Below are positions 63,641 to 64,000 of a stretch of DNA of 64,000 bases, in pieces (the stretch's first letter is position 1; each line of letters opens with the position of its first letter). The translations under genes were made by a program, and so were the position numbers. The notes under the pieces were generated by a model. That model was not told where the DNA came from. It made no database searches and was given only the letters and a program-made list of their open reading frames with translations. The stretch covers positions 4,154,001-4,218,000 of the forward strand of contig NC_135768.1 in assembly GCF_052425735.1 (NCBI RefSeq), written 5' to 3'. This stretch comes from Oculina patagonica (Eukaryota).

Positions 63641-64000
63641 GTGAGAAGTTATCAGAATTACTTGGCACCCACATGCAGTATTGTTACACGACACTGTATT
63701 TCTCAAACTCATTAATAATTCATCAAGTTAAAGCAGAGGAAACTATAACCATGACGGTGGTTTGGCAACCTGATCATAACTGGCATAGATTTTATTTCTC
63801 TGTTTACTCCTAAGTTTTACCGGTAGTTTCAATTAAGAGGATATATCAAACACAAGAGATAGTATTTCATCACATTTCCAAACAACTCAAAGCTCGTCAA
63901 AAACACTCCTCCACACGTACTTTCAACTCTCTTCTCGTTGTTTGGAAACATGGTGAAACATTCTCTCTCGTGTTTGATATAAAAATTTTAAAGACTGCTA

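Overview
Eukaryotic, intron-rich, AT-rich genomic DNA. The repeat families and gene sequences suggest a cnidarian, probably a stony coral (inference). Five host genes were reconstructed by hand from GT-AG boundaries with consistent phases: PIKfyve/Fab1 (minus, 20 exons seen, 3' end runs off the left edge), an intronless RWDD2 head-to-head with it, AKT/PKB (plus, 15 coding exons, 465 aa), NDUFAF5 (minus, 11 exons, 324 aa), and head-to-head with that a multi-OB-fold protein resembling the plant/fission-yeast Cdc24-OB family (runs off the right edge). The introns are packed with mobile DNA: a 5'-truncated CR1/L2-type LINE, an integrase-deleted BEL/Pao LTR element with identical non-TG..CA LTRs, many MITEs and SINEs, and Penelope-type hairpins, one with an inverted pair of minimal hammerhead ribozymes. 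The most notable element is a 4.6-kb Ginger-type DNA transposon (25948-30565, 5-bp TSD, long modular TIRs). Its frameshifted transposase carries an OTU deubiquitinase domain, an acidic 11-aa repeat linker and a C-terminal F-box-like motif. An assembly gap lies at 18916-19576. Family assignments come from recalled motifs, not database searches.
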